From Octopus bimaculoides (lineage: Eukaryota), in NCBI RefSeq assembly GCF_001194135.2, contig NC_068986.1, positions 91,137,382-91,201,381 of the forward strand: 64,000 nt of DNA. The letters are read 5' to 3'. The translations under genes and the position numbers were made by a program. Below are positions 1-13,195 of this stretch, one piece after another (position 1 is the first letter of the stretch; each line of letters begins with the position of its first letter). Below the pieces are notes generated by a model. That model was not told the DNA's origin, did not search any database, and worked only from the letters and a program-made list of their open reading frames with translations.

Positions 1-177
1 CATATTTCATTATTTAACTAGTTATTAATTATTTTTCACTTCTTTTATTACCTTCTTGTATTTCATTTAAATCTTTTATCAGTTATTTTATTGTCATCAT
101 TTATTTGCAAGTATACTGCAGAGTTTTTTGTGTAATTAATGCCATTTCCCTCTTTCCTGTATTCTTTTGCCCTGAAG

Positions 178-215
178 CATCCTCTGATCCTTGCTTTGAA
201 TGCTTTCAAGTAAAG
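178..215 (+). CDS. Candidate internal exon of the plus-strand C2-domain gene (xSSDPCFECFQVK)
   Basis: Pyrimidine tract then ctgaag| acceptor; AAG|gtaaaa donor; 38 nt, open, ends in phase 0, matching the phase-0 start of the exon at 383. An AAG acceptor is uncommon. Confidence 0.45.
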
Positions 216-382
216 GTAAAAATATAAACTGAAGAAGTCTTTGAGACATTGGGAAAATGAGGAAGAGATGATACTATTGCTTTTAATGTTTTATTTAACT
301 TCAAAAATTCTTTTTTATAACTGAAATCTTTTAGTCAATTTATTTTAAAATTTTGCACTCTTTTCTTCTCTAATTTTCACAG

Positions 383-606
383 CAGGAAGAATTATCATAT
401 GGCCGAAGTTCATCAGACACACATATTGCTTCTCCAGGAAGTTCGAGGTCTGTCTTAAAATCTAACAACCACCTCAATAGGAAAACTTCCCTAACCCGTA
501 CTGTTTCACATAACTTTCTAAGGCAACAGAATGCAAGATGGTCCCTGCTTGGTTCCTCTATAGTCAATTTCCGCAAGGCTAGCACCATGCTGCAGCCATC
601 GGCATC
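383..606 (+). CDS. Internal exon of the C2-domain gene; Ser/Arg-rich region (QEELSYGRSSSDTHIASPGSSRSVLKSNNHLNRKTSLTRTVSHNFLRQQNARWSLLGSSIVNFRKASTMLQPSA)
   Basis: ttttcacag| acceptor and TC|gtgagt donor; only one of the three frames is open over 224 nt; ends in phase 2. Confidence 0.7.
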
Positions 607-2407
607 GTGAGTAACAGAACAATAGCACCTCACCATCTAGAGGAAATATATATATGTCTATATATATATATATTAAGGGAAAAAAAAAACTATAGAACTC
701 ACAGCACATTAACTGTTGCAAGATACACTGTCACCATTACTACTAATACTGTTTCTAGCACAACTGTTATCTCTATTATTACTAATACTACTTCTACTAT
801 CCAACTAATCTAATCTGGTCTGGTTTGGCTTGAATTAGTAACATAGTTTCTTTTGAGCTTCAGATCTGTGTGTGCACCTTCATATACTCACAGAAGCATG
901 TACATACTTAGACTAAACCATAAAAATACATTCATGTGCTCACATGCAAACCATCACATACATACACTTACTTATGTGCACATGCACTCACACATGTACT
1001 CAGTCATGTACACATAAATACATACGCACACACACATTCACATATATATGTGCACTCGTTATGTACACATGCATTCACTTACACATGCTCTCACTTGTGT
1101 GCATACATGCTCAGTTATGTACACATGCACATACTCATGTACATATACGTTCTCTTATCTACACATGCTATCACTTGCATACACATGCATATTTATTTAT
1201 CAATTTATATTTCAAGTTCAAATCCTGCCGGGGTCAACTTTGTCTTTCCTTGATCGTCCTGTCTTTTATTCAGACAAGACTACATTATCCAATGTGTCCT
1301 TCCTTTTCTAAGACAGTAGACTGTAATTCAAGGAGATTTTACTGCTATTTCTAGCAGTTTAAGTGAATGCGTAGGGGATTCTTCATTGGAATATGGTACT
1401 TATTTTATGAACTGTAGAGAGACGAAAATCAAAGTTGATCCCAGTGAAATTTGAACATAGAGCATGAAGGAGTGACTAAATATTGTAAGGCATTAGTCCA
1501 GTGTTCTGCTGACTCTAATAATAATAATAACAAAAATCAAAAGGTCAAGAATTATTACATTTAAAGATAGCTTGCCTGGTAGTATTTTAGTGCCTGGTGG
1601 TTAATGACTGATGCATGATAAACTTATCCCTCACCCAGTTGCTTCCATCACAGCTATATTTCTTTTTATTATGATACACTTACAGATTTGTAGATTTTCA
1701 TTATCATTAAAAGCTCATCATTTCACAAATCAGAAAAATTCTTTGATATTATGCTTAACTCTGGTCTTCTTACCTATTAGTTAAAGAGTGGGAAAGGGCT
1801 GCAAAAACTATAGGTACTTACCCCAACCTTTCTGGAAAATATAATAATAAAAATACCCTTCTGGAAACTAATGATAAAAATTAAAAAGGTGAGAAAAATA
1901 TTCCCTGGATAAGACTAGTCTTTTGCAAATAACATTGCTAGAGTCTTGATAACTATGTTTAGCCTGGCCAAAGAGAACAACCTGCTGCTGCTAGAATTTT
2001 GGATTTAGGGTCTGAAGATGATTCAGTGAGATATTTGCTTTTACAATCTGCTTCAGACTTATTGATCACAAGTGAAACATGGAAGTTGTCTCCAGTTATT
2101 TGACAGTTGTTTTATCTCTAGAACTTCACAATAGCATATTGAGTATCCAGCTCACAATATAAAAGTAAGGGGCAAGTAAGCTCCAAATAAGCCAAGTCTG
2201 TAACTCCAATTCAATTCTCAGTAAGAGCTGTTCTTGGTAAAACTAGAAAGTGGGCTCTTCTGGCACTAAACAACAAATGCAACAACTCAAAGCTGTTTGA
2301 GCTGAGGTAATTGTCACATAGTCACTCAATCTGCTAGAAATAGCTGTCAAAGTTTCCTCAAATTATACCTTACAATCCTTGAAAATGGAACGTCACATAA
2401 GATAAGA

Positions 2408-2543
2408 TAGTCTTAGATACACAGTATATAAATATACGACAGGATTACCATAGCTGGAATGCCTTTGATCAAAGGTAGTCCTAGATACACAATATATAAA
2501 TATATGACAAGGCTACCATAACTGGGAAGCCTTGGGTCATAGG
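2408..2543. repeat. 68-bp tandem duplication
   Basis: tagtc.tagatacaca.tatataaatata.gaca at 2408 and 2476. Confidence 0.85.
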
Positions 2544-3149
2544 TCTGCTCTTTCACAATTAAACTAGAACTAAACAACAAACAATATTGTGGAGCTGGCC
2601 AGCAATTTTGTCATGGACATAACACGTGTTTAATCTATTCATATATGATTAAATAAACTCATGTAAAGTTCTTTTTAATATATCTGAGGTACAGCAGAGG
2701 TGGTCAGTTTTCCTAGTTTTGTAATTGTTGTTGTTGTTGGAATGGTAAAGATGGTGCAGATTAGTAGGAAGTAGATGAGATGTTTTGGGAGTTGAATGTC
2801 TCACAATTCTCTGCCCAAATCCCACCAGGGCCTACTTTATTCATCCTTATTCTTTGATTTCAGATAGTTGAGATAATCTTCTTATTTCCTCACACTTTTT
2901 ATTAAAGATATCTATAGCCTAGTCAAAAGAAATTCTTATTACACTTGTCTTAAATTATTTATGGTGTTTGGCTCTGGGGTATTTTTCTTCCTTTAGTGAA
3001 GTGTCTACAGTTTTTGTGAAATTATGTAAAATTTAGTTCCTGTTTCTTTTGTTGTTGTTTTTTAAAAGTTCTACATTATTTCCTTATGATAATCAGCTAT
3101 ATTTTCTTAACCAAAACAACATAGATTATATGGGGTTTTACTTGTTGTA

Positions 3150-3490
3150 CTCTAAATATATGATTCATCACAAATATTTGATGCCTCTTAACAAAATATG
3201 CAATATATCAAAGAAATATATGATGTATCATAAAAATGTGTATTTTATCATTAAAACATAATTCATCAGATAAATCAGCGATTCATCATAAAAATGCGAT
3301 TAATAATAATTCAGTCTTAAAAATTATGGCTGAGTCATGCATTTTTATGGTGATCACCATCATTAAAATTTATGATTCATTATAATAATGAGATTCATTC
3401 ATGAAAATGTACAATTTGTTTTTAAAAATATGATTCATTCATAAAAATGTGTCATTCATTCATAAAACATTGTGATTCATTAGAAATATG
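3150..3490. repeat. Degenerate minisatellite of about 20 bp (atatgattcatcataaaaat-like)
   Basis: Recurrent gattcat and cataaaaatg units. Confidence 0.7.
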
Positions 3491-3874
3491 CAACAGATCA
3501 TAGATATCTCATGCATTGTAAATATAATTCAGAATATGAGCTCTCTTATTAAATATATGAATTTTAAAATTTATCCTTATTTTGGTGTTATTTACTAAAT
3601 ATATCTATTTTACTTGAATGAGAATTGGTTGATGCCACTTTGATGTATAGTACCCTTTAAATCAGAGCACATGTTCTACTCTTCAGTTTTTGCATAGTTA
3701 GATATGTTGTTCTGTTTCACTTAAGTTTGTGTTATCCTTTTTTTTTTTTTTTTGCTCCCTCCTCGAAACTCTCTGGATGTGATAAAATGAGTGCCAGTCA
3801 AACAGTTAAACTGAGTAAAGCCCTTTTGCCTAAATTTTAGTCCGAAACCACTCCTAAGCTTCAATATTTATATT

Positions 3875-4312
3875 ATCATCATCATCATCATCGTTTAACG
3901 TCCACTTTCCATGCTAGCATAGGTTGGACGATTTGACTGAGGACTGGCAAGCCAGAAGGCTGCACCAGGCTCCANNNNNNNNNNCGATTTGACTGAGGAC
4001 TGGCAAGCCAGAAGGCTGCACCAGGCTCCAATCTGATCTGGCAGAGTTTCTACAGCTGGATGCCCTTCCCAACGCCAACCACTCCAAGAGTATAGTGGGT
4101 GCTTTTACGTGCCACCAGTACAAGGGCCAGTCACACGGTACTGACAACAGCTTCGCTCAAAAGGTGTTTTTTTACGTGCCACCTGCATGGGAGCCAGTCC
4201 ATCGGCACTGGCAACAATCTTGCTCGAATGATTTTCTAACGTGCCACCAGCACAAGTGCTAGAAGGCGACACTGGTAACGATTATGCTCAAATGGTGCCA
4301 TTTACGGGTCAC
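3875..4312 (-). mobile_element. RTE-tail SINE or LINE 3' end with (GAT)n tail; the same family occurs at 58515-58880 (-), 26960-27190 (+) and 47133-47358 (+)
   Basis: Shared ccaacccatgctagcatggaaagcggacgttaaacgatgatg terminus and acgtgccac subrepeats across copies. Confidence 0.85.
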
Positions 4313-4728
4313 CTATGAGTGTTTATATAGAATTGCTCATATAGCTGCCATTGTTACACATCCCAGTGGCCAACTCACTGCAAGCTAATGAAACTTGCAT
4401 TCAGTTATAGAATGTTTCTACTACTTATAACACTGAATTCTAGCTAGCTGTGGAACTCTTTATCTAAAATAGGGGTCCCTAAACGTTTTAGTCCATTGAC
4501 TCCTCATCAACCCCCAGGCATGTGCAAGAAAATAAATAAATAATAATTAAGCAGATGAATAGTCCCATCGACAACTACCCCCCACCCTAGGCATTGATAT
4601 CAGCCACTTTGGAAACCCTTCATCTAGAAAGAGGTTGTTTAGGTACATTGATCTAATAATCCTGGATGATTTTTTTGTTAAGCAATATATATTGTGTGTG
4701 TGTGTGCTGTGTAAGGAAGAATCTTGTT

Positions 4729-4900
4729 CTATATTTAAGAGATGAGGAATTATGTACATTATTTACATTTGACGGATATTTGTCCTCATCTTGTTTATTA
4801 TTAACACATTTCGGCTAATATATCCTCCAGCCTTCATCAGGTGTCTTGGGGAAATTTCGAACATGGGTTCTCATTCCTAAGGTATTTTTCGATGTTGCCG

Positions 4901-4964
<64 letters not shown>

Positions 4965-5072
4965 CATTTTTCAGGTCTTAACCACTACGCCATATTCCCA
5001 CAGGCATATCGCATAGTAGTTAAAAGTGTGGGCTACTAACCCCAAGATTCCATGTTCGATTCCAGGCAGTGA

Positions 5073-5110
<38 letters not shown>

Positions 5111-5250
5111 TCGAAAAATACCTTAGGAATGAGAACCCAGGTTTGAAATTTCCCCAAGACACCTGATGAAGGCTGGAGGGTATATCAGCCGAAATGTTGT
5201 GTTAACAATAAACAAGATGAGGACAAATATCCATCAAATATAAATAGTGT
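4729..5250. mobile_element. Head-to-head inverted pair of a tRNA-headed SINE with an internal (TAA)n tract
   Basis: 4729-4900 is the reverse complement of 5100-5250; A/B-box-like tagtagttaa and gttcgattcc at about 5013-5062; direct repeat aggaagaatcttgtt at 4714-4728 and 5251-5265. Confidence 0.8.
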
Positions 5251-7410
5251 AGGAAGAATCTTGTTTAGTTATTATGACCACATAATTCATTAATTTAAAA
5301 TCCTACAAGTGTTGAATTCCTTTCCACCCTTCGAAGGTTGATGAAATAAGTACCAGTTCTATACTGAAGTCAATTTAATATATTATTTTTTTTTCTTTGT
5401 TTCACTGAAGTTTATAATGGTGAACCAATTTTCAAAAAGGAATGTGGCAGTTTAGTAATAAATCTCTTTCAAATAGCACTTAGCATTTTAATGGCAAATA
5501 TTTTGCAAAGGAATGCTGTGTCACTACAAAAGGACATTAGATAATATAGTTTAAGGTATACTGTCTAAAGTAAAGAGGGATTGGATCAATGATAACTAAT
5601 ATCGATTTTATCTACACTTAGGATTTAAAATTGAATTATAAAAAGAAAAAGCAATATTGCACATTGTTAAGGTGGTATAATGGCTAAAATTGTAAGCTAA
5701 ATGCATTATAGTACATTCTGAGTTCAATGCATTATAGTACATTCCCTGTGTTGTCTATGTCTTCCATTCTTCCTAGATCAATAAAATAAGTATCTGGTAT
5801 ATAATGGGCATAATTCAGTAACTTTCTTCCCAATCCCCACAGAACCTAGTTTTGTACTTTGTCAGAAAACACCAAAGCATGTTACAGAAGAGTGACATGC
5901 CAAGTGGTTGACATGATTAATATAATTTAGTTGACTCTCTGTTGTATTGTTGCTATGACTACAATATTGTTGTGGAAGTACTATGTAGTAATGTCGATAT
6001 GTTTATATGATATCATTTATCTAGGAAAATCTACATAGCATTGTTGCTGTAAAGATCTTCCTAGATGAGAAATTATAATATATGTATGAGTTCTCTCCTT
6101 AACTAGTAAATATGAAATAGAAATATGTATGACAGTGTAGTTATTAGTACAAACCAAGTGGCATTGCTCTGTTTGTTGTTCTTTTTAGTTTCTAACATGT
6201 AAAATTTGTTGTTAATTGTCATTTCTTTTCTTTGACTTGTTTATCCTAATCAAATTGTCTCATAAAGTGCAATTTAAACACTGGTTCGTTTATAAAATGT
6301 AAGCAGAACAGTTTGAGATAAAGTTAGACATGAACTAGACATAATATTTACTAAAACAGTTAATCCTTTCAAGAAACCATGTGTCTCTTTGACCAGTACT
6401 TAAATCTTGATTCCTATGGATGAGTGAGCAACCTTCATCAGGGCAGAACTCTAGTCTGTCACGTGTTAACTTTCCTTGTTGTACTTATCTTTGACAATGA
6501 ACTAAACTCAGCTGATGTAAAGTAGTTGCTTTGTTTTGAGATACAATGGAATACCTGCAACAAATTTTAACTCATAATCTATTAGCTGATAGTTTCATCT
6601 GTCTTAGCTACTCAGCCACTTCACTATTACTTTTGGGAAAACAAAATAAAGACCAGCTAGTTAGTTCATTTCTCATTGCAGACATCACATTATGTCTCTG
6701 AGCAAGACACTTAAATATATATAATCTCATTTACTAAGTTATCAGAAATAGGTACTGAGTTTTTTTAGAGTAATACAAGAAAGGTTCGCATTTCAACCAA
6801 GAGGAGGTAGATCTATCATCCACTTAATGCTTTAGCAAGTAGAATTAAGCACTGGTCTAATTGACTATTGTGATTCATGAAAATGTTAACTTTATTTACC
6901 TTGTGATTGATTAAGATAATTTTTTCTAAATGTGTCTTACTCTATGCCTGCTTGCTTACTAACCTGAAACATTCTTTCCTGTTCTTACTGCTTCCAATGA
7001 ACAGTTAACATTCACCATCTACAAAATTAATTGCATTAATGAATTATTAATTTCCAAGGAGCCAAGTATACCAGTTGTAAAATACAAAAAAACGTCATCA
7101 GCCATCATCATTTAACGTCTGAAAATATATTTTTTTAAATACTACAAAATTTTGTCCATTCCAAATCATTGCTTGTTTTATGTATAACATATATGACAGT
7201 AACTCTGTTGCTATTTTTCTCCCATTTTATTTTTAGTTGTTACCATATATTTCCTTTGTTTTTTTTTTGTCAAATTGATTAGAGAATGGGAAAATAGACA
7301 CTAAAACAACAATGATAACAGGATAACTAATGTGAATCAGCATTTTTGAATGAATGAATAAATTATATTACATGTATTCAGTTCTCTTTCACACATTTGT
7401 GCATCCAAAT

Positions 7411-7444
<34 letters not shown>

Positions 7445-7544
7445 CAGCAGCATCTACATTCTCATACTTGCAAGGAGTCAAATGAAATTCATGAAGGCAG
7501 ATTTTGCATAGCCTGATTTGTTTTTTTCCTGTCATTAATCTTCT

Positions 7545-7830
7545 CTTGTTTTCATGTTAGATAATATTTTCACTAGTCCTTCAACCATGGGCAGCAGAGT
7601 GGATGGACTTGATTTCACAGAGGATTGTAAATGAGTGACATGGCTTGTATGATGGTAACATTTATTTACAATTAGTGTTTCCTTGTCAAGACAAGCAGAA
7701 CACTTGGCATATGTTAATGGTATGCTGTTACTCTGCGAACAAGAAAACCTCAAGATGGTTGCTAAACTTGCTAAGAATAGCAATCAATTTCCCACAAATC
7801 ATGCCTTACCATCTTAAAGCAGAGTACAAT
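7545..7830 (+). mobile_element. Highly degenerate LINE reverse transcriptase fragment
   Basis: Broken frames give IIFSLVLQPW and HLAYVNGMLLL, resembling the LF.lv and LAYADD RT motifs. Confidence 0.4.
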
Positions 7831-8783
7831 AGACAGTATAGTCTTTCATATATGAAAAGACAAGAGAGCCACTACTGGAACACCTTTGATCACAGCTCTA
7901 CTTGATTTGGGATTACCTGGATTCAAACAACAACATTATTGCTCTATTTAACTGACATTTTGTGTATTATCTATAAATATAGTTCTGCTTCATTAAAATA
8001 TGAATAATATAGTATTTGTTTGAATTTACCATATATTCATCTTACTGTGTACCAGAACCAAAAAGACATTTGTGGCTCAAGGCATAGACTATAGATCATA
8101 CAATTGACATTGCTTTTGTTGTTGTTATTTTTATAACCACTGTTGTTGTTGTTGTATTTGATGTCACCAAAACTACTTGGAATGGTATATCATAAAATCT
8201 GCAAACTCAACCATATTTCCTCTGGGTTACACCACATATAATCCCTTGAATTTAGGGAGCATCTTTGCTGAATACACTATATACATTTCTATTTAAGATT
8301 CTATTTCACACACCCGCCTTGTATAATATGATGTTCTACAAGGATCTACTTTCTCACCTACACTCATCTTCCTGATGAGTGACCTAGATATTACTGTGTC
8401 CAGTTAAACCTACCATTATAGCTAAAGCATTTTCCTTGCTATTTTGTTATTGCATCTGCCATGCAGTCACTAACTAAGCTGTTTATTATCAGCTCATTAC
8501 AATACATTATGAGTTTAAATGAGGCTGTGGAGTGGATGTAACACAGTGAGGTGCACTTCCGTTCTACCATAAAAAAATAATAAGGTACCGAGAAGCTGAA
8601 TTCCTTTCCAGTCTTACATTTCTGTCTCTCTTTCTCTCTGTGTTTGAGTTACTCTTTTAACTCAAGACTAACTACTTGTTTTGGAGGAGTAAGGGCTTCT
8701 ATAACTCATTGGTTGGTACTCTTTCCTAGCTAACTCCTATTTTCTCTTTTTCTTTTTCCATATACTTGTGTGTGTGCACATGA

Positions 8784-8821
<38 letters not shown>

Positions 8822-9459
8822 TTTGTGTTTCTAGCTTTTGGTCTGCATTTCTCTTCAACAAGCCTCTTGTCTCTAGATCAGGTGTCGGCCACTTTTTTTG
8901 TTATGGCTCAGTTTTGATTTTCTTTTTAACATTCTTCCATGAACTACATGCAAATTATATTGTGTCTTGAATATAAAAAAATCTCTGTGTAGCCCTCATT
9001 TCATCAATAGCAATGCTTCTTATGTAAGTAAAAATTAAACTAATCATAATGCAAAAGATCATCGAAAAAGCTATCAACTGCTCACTGGTTTACAAATACA
9101 TTAAATTTAGAACAATGTTTGCAAAAGACCCAATGTCCACAGAGTACATCACAATGGTTCGCTTGTGGGCTATGGCCCACCTCTTGCCAATGCAAACTCT
9201 GTTTATTTGCCTGTCACATGAAGCCATCACAAAATTCATACTGTAACTTCACTTTCATATCTAATTGGCTGTGACAGATTGATAGCTTCATTCATATCTC
9301 AAAAATATGTTATTTTTGATCCTTATTGTTTCAACATCAATCAATAATATTCACTTGATATTATTTCATGGATCTCTTTGTGTATAATTTTTTTTGTTTT
9401 TTGTTTCATATTGCGACTAATATCACATATATTGATATATTATATTTCCTTTAATTTAG

Positions 9460-9512
9460 AATTAACTCTATTGGACCTGCTTGCTACCCACCTGAAGATG
9501 GCAGCTCACTTG
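9460..9512 (+). CDS. Internal exon of the C2-domain gene (INSIGPACYPPEDGSSL in the frame leading to the C2 domain)
   Basis: tttcctttaatttag| acceptor and G|gtatgt donor; phase 2 to 1 fits the exon ending at 606. A second frame is also open (see findings). Confidence 0.6.
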
Positions 9513-9725
9513 GTATGTGATGTCTCTACTATTACTCATGCAAACACACACACATGCATATATATATATATATATATATAGAAGAAATAATTAAGATTCA
9601 GTTGTTAGGTACTTAAGTTGAGGCACCAAGTCAGTCCGGTGTTATCTACCCAGCTTGAAGTAAGGTGAATAAAAAGCAAATAAGTAACAAGGATGTCAAG
9701 GTATTAGTGCATAACAGCCGTTTCA

Positions 9726-9863
9726 GGTGGCTCCATTTAATCAAACAATGCAAGCATTACATCAATTTGAAATACACCGCCGTCTTCGGATACATGCATC
9801 TGAAGATGGCGGTGTATTTCAAATTGATGTAATGCTTGCATTGTTCGATTAAATGGAGTCATC
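9726..9863. repeat. Long near-perfect palindrome (arms of about 68 bp)
   Basis: Symmetric about 9794/9795; few mismatches, mostly transitions. Confidence 0.95.
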
Positions 9864-10154
9864 CTTGTTACTTATTTTCTAGAAATGGCTGCTAAATCTC
9901 CTTCATTCCCAATAACACACTGTCATCTTAACACTTTTATGACTATATTTCTAATGTTATACCTTCAAATATGTTTGGTTATCTTTAGAGGCTATGCATA
10001 TTTTTTTTTAATGCCTGGAAATTAAATTCAATGAAAATATATGAAGTCATAGATACTATCAATAATTCATTCCCTTACACTCTTTGGTCTCTTAGTTAAA
10101 TCAGTTACTCTTCAGTTACCTGTAAGTAAATCATCTACATCTCTTTATCTGAAG

Positions 10155-10196
10155 GATGTCTGGGAAAACCCAGCATATGGAGACGGTCATTCCGAG
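10155..10196 (+). CDS. Internal exon of the C2-domain gene (GCLGKPSIWRRSFR); acceptor uncertain, alternative start 10116
   Basis: Strong AG|gtatgt donor after 10196. Only the ctgaag| acceptor at 10154 gives the phase 1 to 1 exon needed to enter the C2 frame at 14842. Confidence 0.5.
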
Positions 10197-11375
10197 GTAT
10201 GTATTTTCAGTTAGGTCTATAGAACAAACACTGTAGTACATAGTTTTACAGTTACCTTTGTCTAGCACCTGCTCTAACCAACATAATCCTTTTACTAACA
10301 TTTTATTTTCTCATGTTCAATCATTTTTTTAGACAATCATTAATTGGCAAAACAACTCCAACACCATCAGCTTTTCTTCTATCAGTGGAGATCCCCCATT
10401 CCCAAAATAGTCTTTAGTATCACTCATAATCTCTCTTCCATTTGACATCCTGTTGAGACCAAGCATGTTGTATCTGATGTTCCCAAACCTTTCGGAATAG
10501 AGTAGCACAGAATTCTTAAGATAAAACACATTATGTGTTCCACCCATATCTAGAGCTTTTTTGCTAAGCACACTGTATCCTTTTGTTTTGAAGACATTTC
10601 AAATATCCACCTTGTACGCCCTAGTATCCTGCAAATATACACCATCTCAACTATACACTTCCTCTTCATGAGCTATTAGTTGCCACTTTATCCCATAGAC
10701 AAACTCTACAGCTATACATTTTTCGAATCATATTTTGTCCCTTCTTGTCAAGTTTCATCTTCTGGTATATGTTAAAAATCATTATCACAGTTTAGACAAA
10801 ATAACAATTATAACCAAAAACCTGCTTTAACCATCACCTTCATTACTTCCTCAAATAATATTTCTTAAGCCAAGACAGAACATACTTCATATCAAATAAA
10901 CAACGTTGTTGTTGACTAAGATTATCTTGAACCAGGAATAGGGGCTCTGATTTTTTAAAAAGTGTGTTACAGACTTTTGTATGGTTGTAATTTTTTGGAT
11001 TATTAACTGCAGTCCATCAAGAATGTAATCTTTGCATGTTTAGGGTGACAAGCCCTTAAGGAATTTCACTGAGAGATTGAAACTCATTAGCTACACTCAA
11101 CTAATGCAGTTGTGCAAGGAGATGGTGCTGCAGGTGAGAGGTTGTTACCAGATGGAGCCAGTGGCAGATGAGCTTGTTCTGAAGTAGGAATAGCCAAAAA
11201 CCCTATTAAAAGATACTGTCTCATTCTGATGCCACATACCTCTTCCATTTTTTCACATAGCCATGTCTGAATCTTATATCATCATCATTATTCTCTCATC
11301 TACTTTTCCATGCTTGCATGGATTGGACAGAGTTTATTGAGGTAGATTTTCTACAGCCAGCCACCCTTCCTGTCA

Positions 11376-11444
<69 letters not shown>

Positions 11445-11459
11445 TATATAAAAGGTAGA

Positions 11460-11880
11460 ACAGAAAATATACAACAAACGGAAACTGTCAAAACACATCA
11501 TGTGCAAAAAAGGATGGTAGCAGGACAATGGTAAACAGGACAAAACAAGATACACGGATCATTCACGGCCAATTGCCTCTTCAGTTGGAGTCCAGAATAT
11601 CCACATAGTTTCACCCACTTATCTCCGATACTACTCAAAACCAACTGGGCCAAGGACTTAAGCTAAAAGTATTAAGCCTCTGGGCAAGGCAAATGAATGT
11701 ACATATATGAAAACAAATAAGTAAACAACAGAAAGGGTCTTTCGACTATCAGACGAGTGTAGTAAGCTCGCACAAGGAAAATGGAAGTGGAAAAATCTTA
11801 ACAGACCAAGCGGCAGGACAGAACAGAATAGATGCAACTGATCTCAAAGGTGGCCGGCCGAAAAAGGACAACAGTGCCTG
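11460..11880 (+). mobile_element. (TA)n-associated interspersed repeat, possibly a Penelope-like terminus
   Basis: GC-richer block directly after a long (TA)n, built like the repeats at 15244 and 16013. The family assignment is tentative. Confidence 0.35.
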
Positions 11881-12589
11881 AACTGGACAGCAATCACATG
11901 GGAGGGGAGGGGAGGAGTTGAAGAGGGCAGAGGGACTATAGATAGATAGATGGATGGATGGATATTATCATCATCATCCTCATTTAATGTCTGTTTTCCA
12001 AGCTGGCATGGGTTGGATGCATTGACAGGAACTGACTAGTCAGAAGACAAGACCAAGCTCTATTGTCTGCTTTGGCTTGGTTTCTATGGTTGGATACCCT
12101 TTCCTAATGCCTACCATTTTACAGAGTGTACTGGGTACTTTTTGTGTAGCATCAGCAGCAGTGAGGTCACCAAGTAACTTGCAAGACAGACCCCCCACTC
12201 AGTTGGCGGGGAGAAGTATTGAAGGACAAAAAAAATGTCTGGCATTACAGGAGAAACATAGCTACCTCAAGTAGAAAAAAAGAGATGGTGAAGATGTAAC
12301 AGGGTGGTTATAGGTGTATAAAGTGAAGTGAATCAGACACTGGGGAAGATGAGTGGGTGGGTCAGTTCACAAGCTTGTGAAAGGAGAGCAGGAGCTGATG
12401 GAGGATGAGGAATGTCATGAGTGGGCATGGGTAGAGGGAAGGGGTATTAGAAGGCTATATTGTGGGTAAGGGATTCAGCAGAGATATATTTTGTGTAGGG
12501 AGGTTTATGAGGGAAAATAGAGGGGAAGGGACCATGGACATAAGAGGCATACCCTCATGACCTGGATTTTATTTAATTGAGTGGGTCTT

Positions 12590-12830
12590 CTCAAGCACAG
12601 CAAATTACCAATTGTTTTATTCCTTTGTCATGTCCCCTGTGCAGTTTGGCATCTAAATATCATTTCTCACCACTTCATCCTGGGACTTCCTCTTCCACAG
12701 ATTCCCTCTACATTCAGAGTTTGGCATTTCTTTATGCAGCTCTCATCCATATGCATCACATGACTACACCAGTGCAGTCTTTTCTCTTGCACTCTACAAC
12801 TGATGCCTCTTATACTCAGTTTTTTTCTCA
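12590..12830 (-). mobile_element. Degenerate RTE-clade LINE ORF C-terminal fragment
   Basis: Minus translation ...KLSIRGISCRVQEKRLHWCSHVMHMDESCIKKCQTLNVEGICGRG... matches the RTE RLRW.GHV.R...GRP pattern. Confidence 0.65.
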
Positions 12831-12878
12831 AAACATTTACACTTTACCATACATGCACATTGACAATGCACATCCAGC

Positions 12879-12910
<32 letters not shown>

Positions 12911-13195
12911 TCATTTAAAATGCAGAGATGCCTATAATAGGACATCTACTCGCTAGAAACAGCAGCAAAAGACTACATACCACAAAAGTTAGGGATAATT
13001 TCGAAAGGAAATGAAAAATAAAAACTTTTACCAATCTATATTCTGTACCATGGTTTCAAGTCAATTTTAGTAAGATAAAGATTATATCTTACAAGGTCGG
13101 ACTATCGTCAGCAGAAATGACCAGACAATTTCGGCATTTTTGCATTTTTGTATTTGCTGCCGATTAGGTAAACCGTAAATACGCGGTATATTTTG

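Noticed and set aside
936-1354. Three overlapping ORFs rich in H, T, Y, C and M
   Set aside because: Translation of a degenerate (CA/TA) repeat.
1963-2025. Exon-like segment PGQREQPAAARILDLGSEDDS with AG/GT ends
   Set aside because: It is phase 0-0 inside a phase-2 intron and hits TAG in the required frame.
3929-4030. 46-bp direct repeat
   Set aside because: Identical copies flank a 10-N gap, typical of an unmerged contig overlap.
5001-5075. tRNA gene (also at 39385 and 48435)
   Set aside because: A/B boxes are present but there is no clean cloverleaf and each continues into a SINE body.
10329-10760. ORF 10329-10571 as a gene
   Set aside because: More consistent with a decayed minus-strand RTE LINE C-terminus; too degenerate to list confidently.
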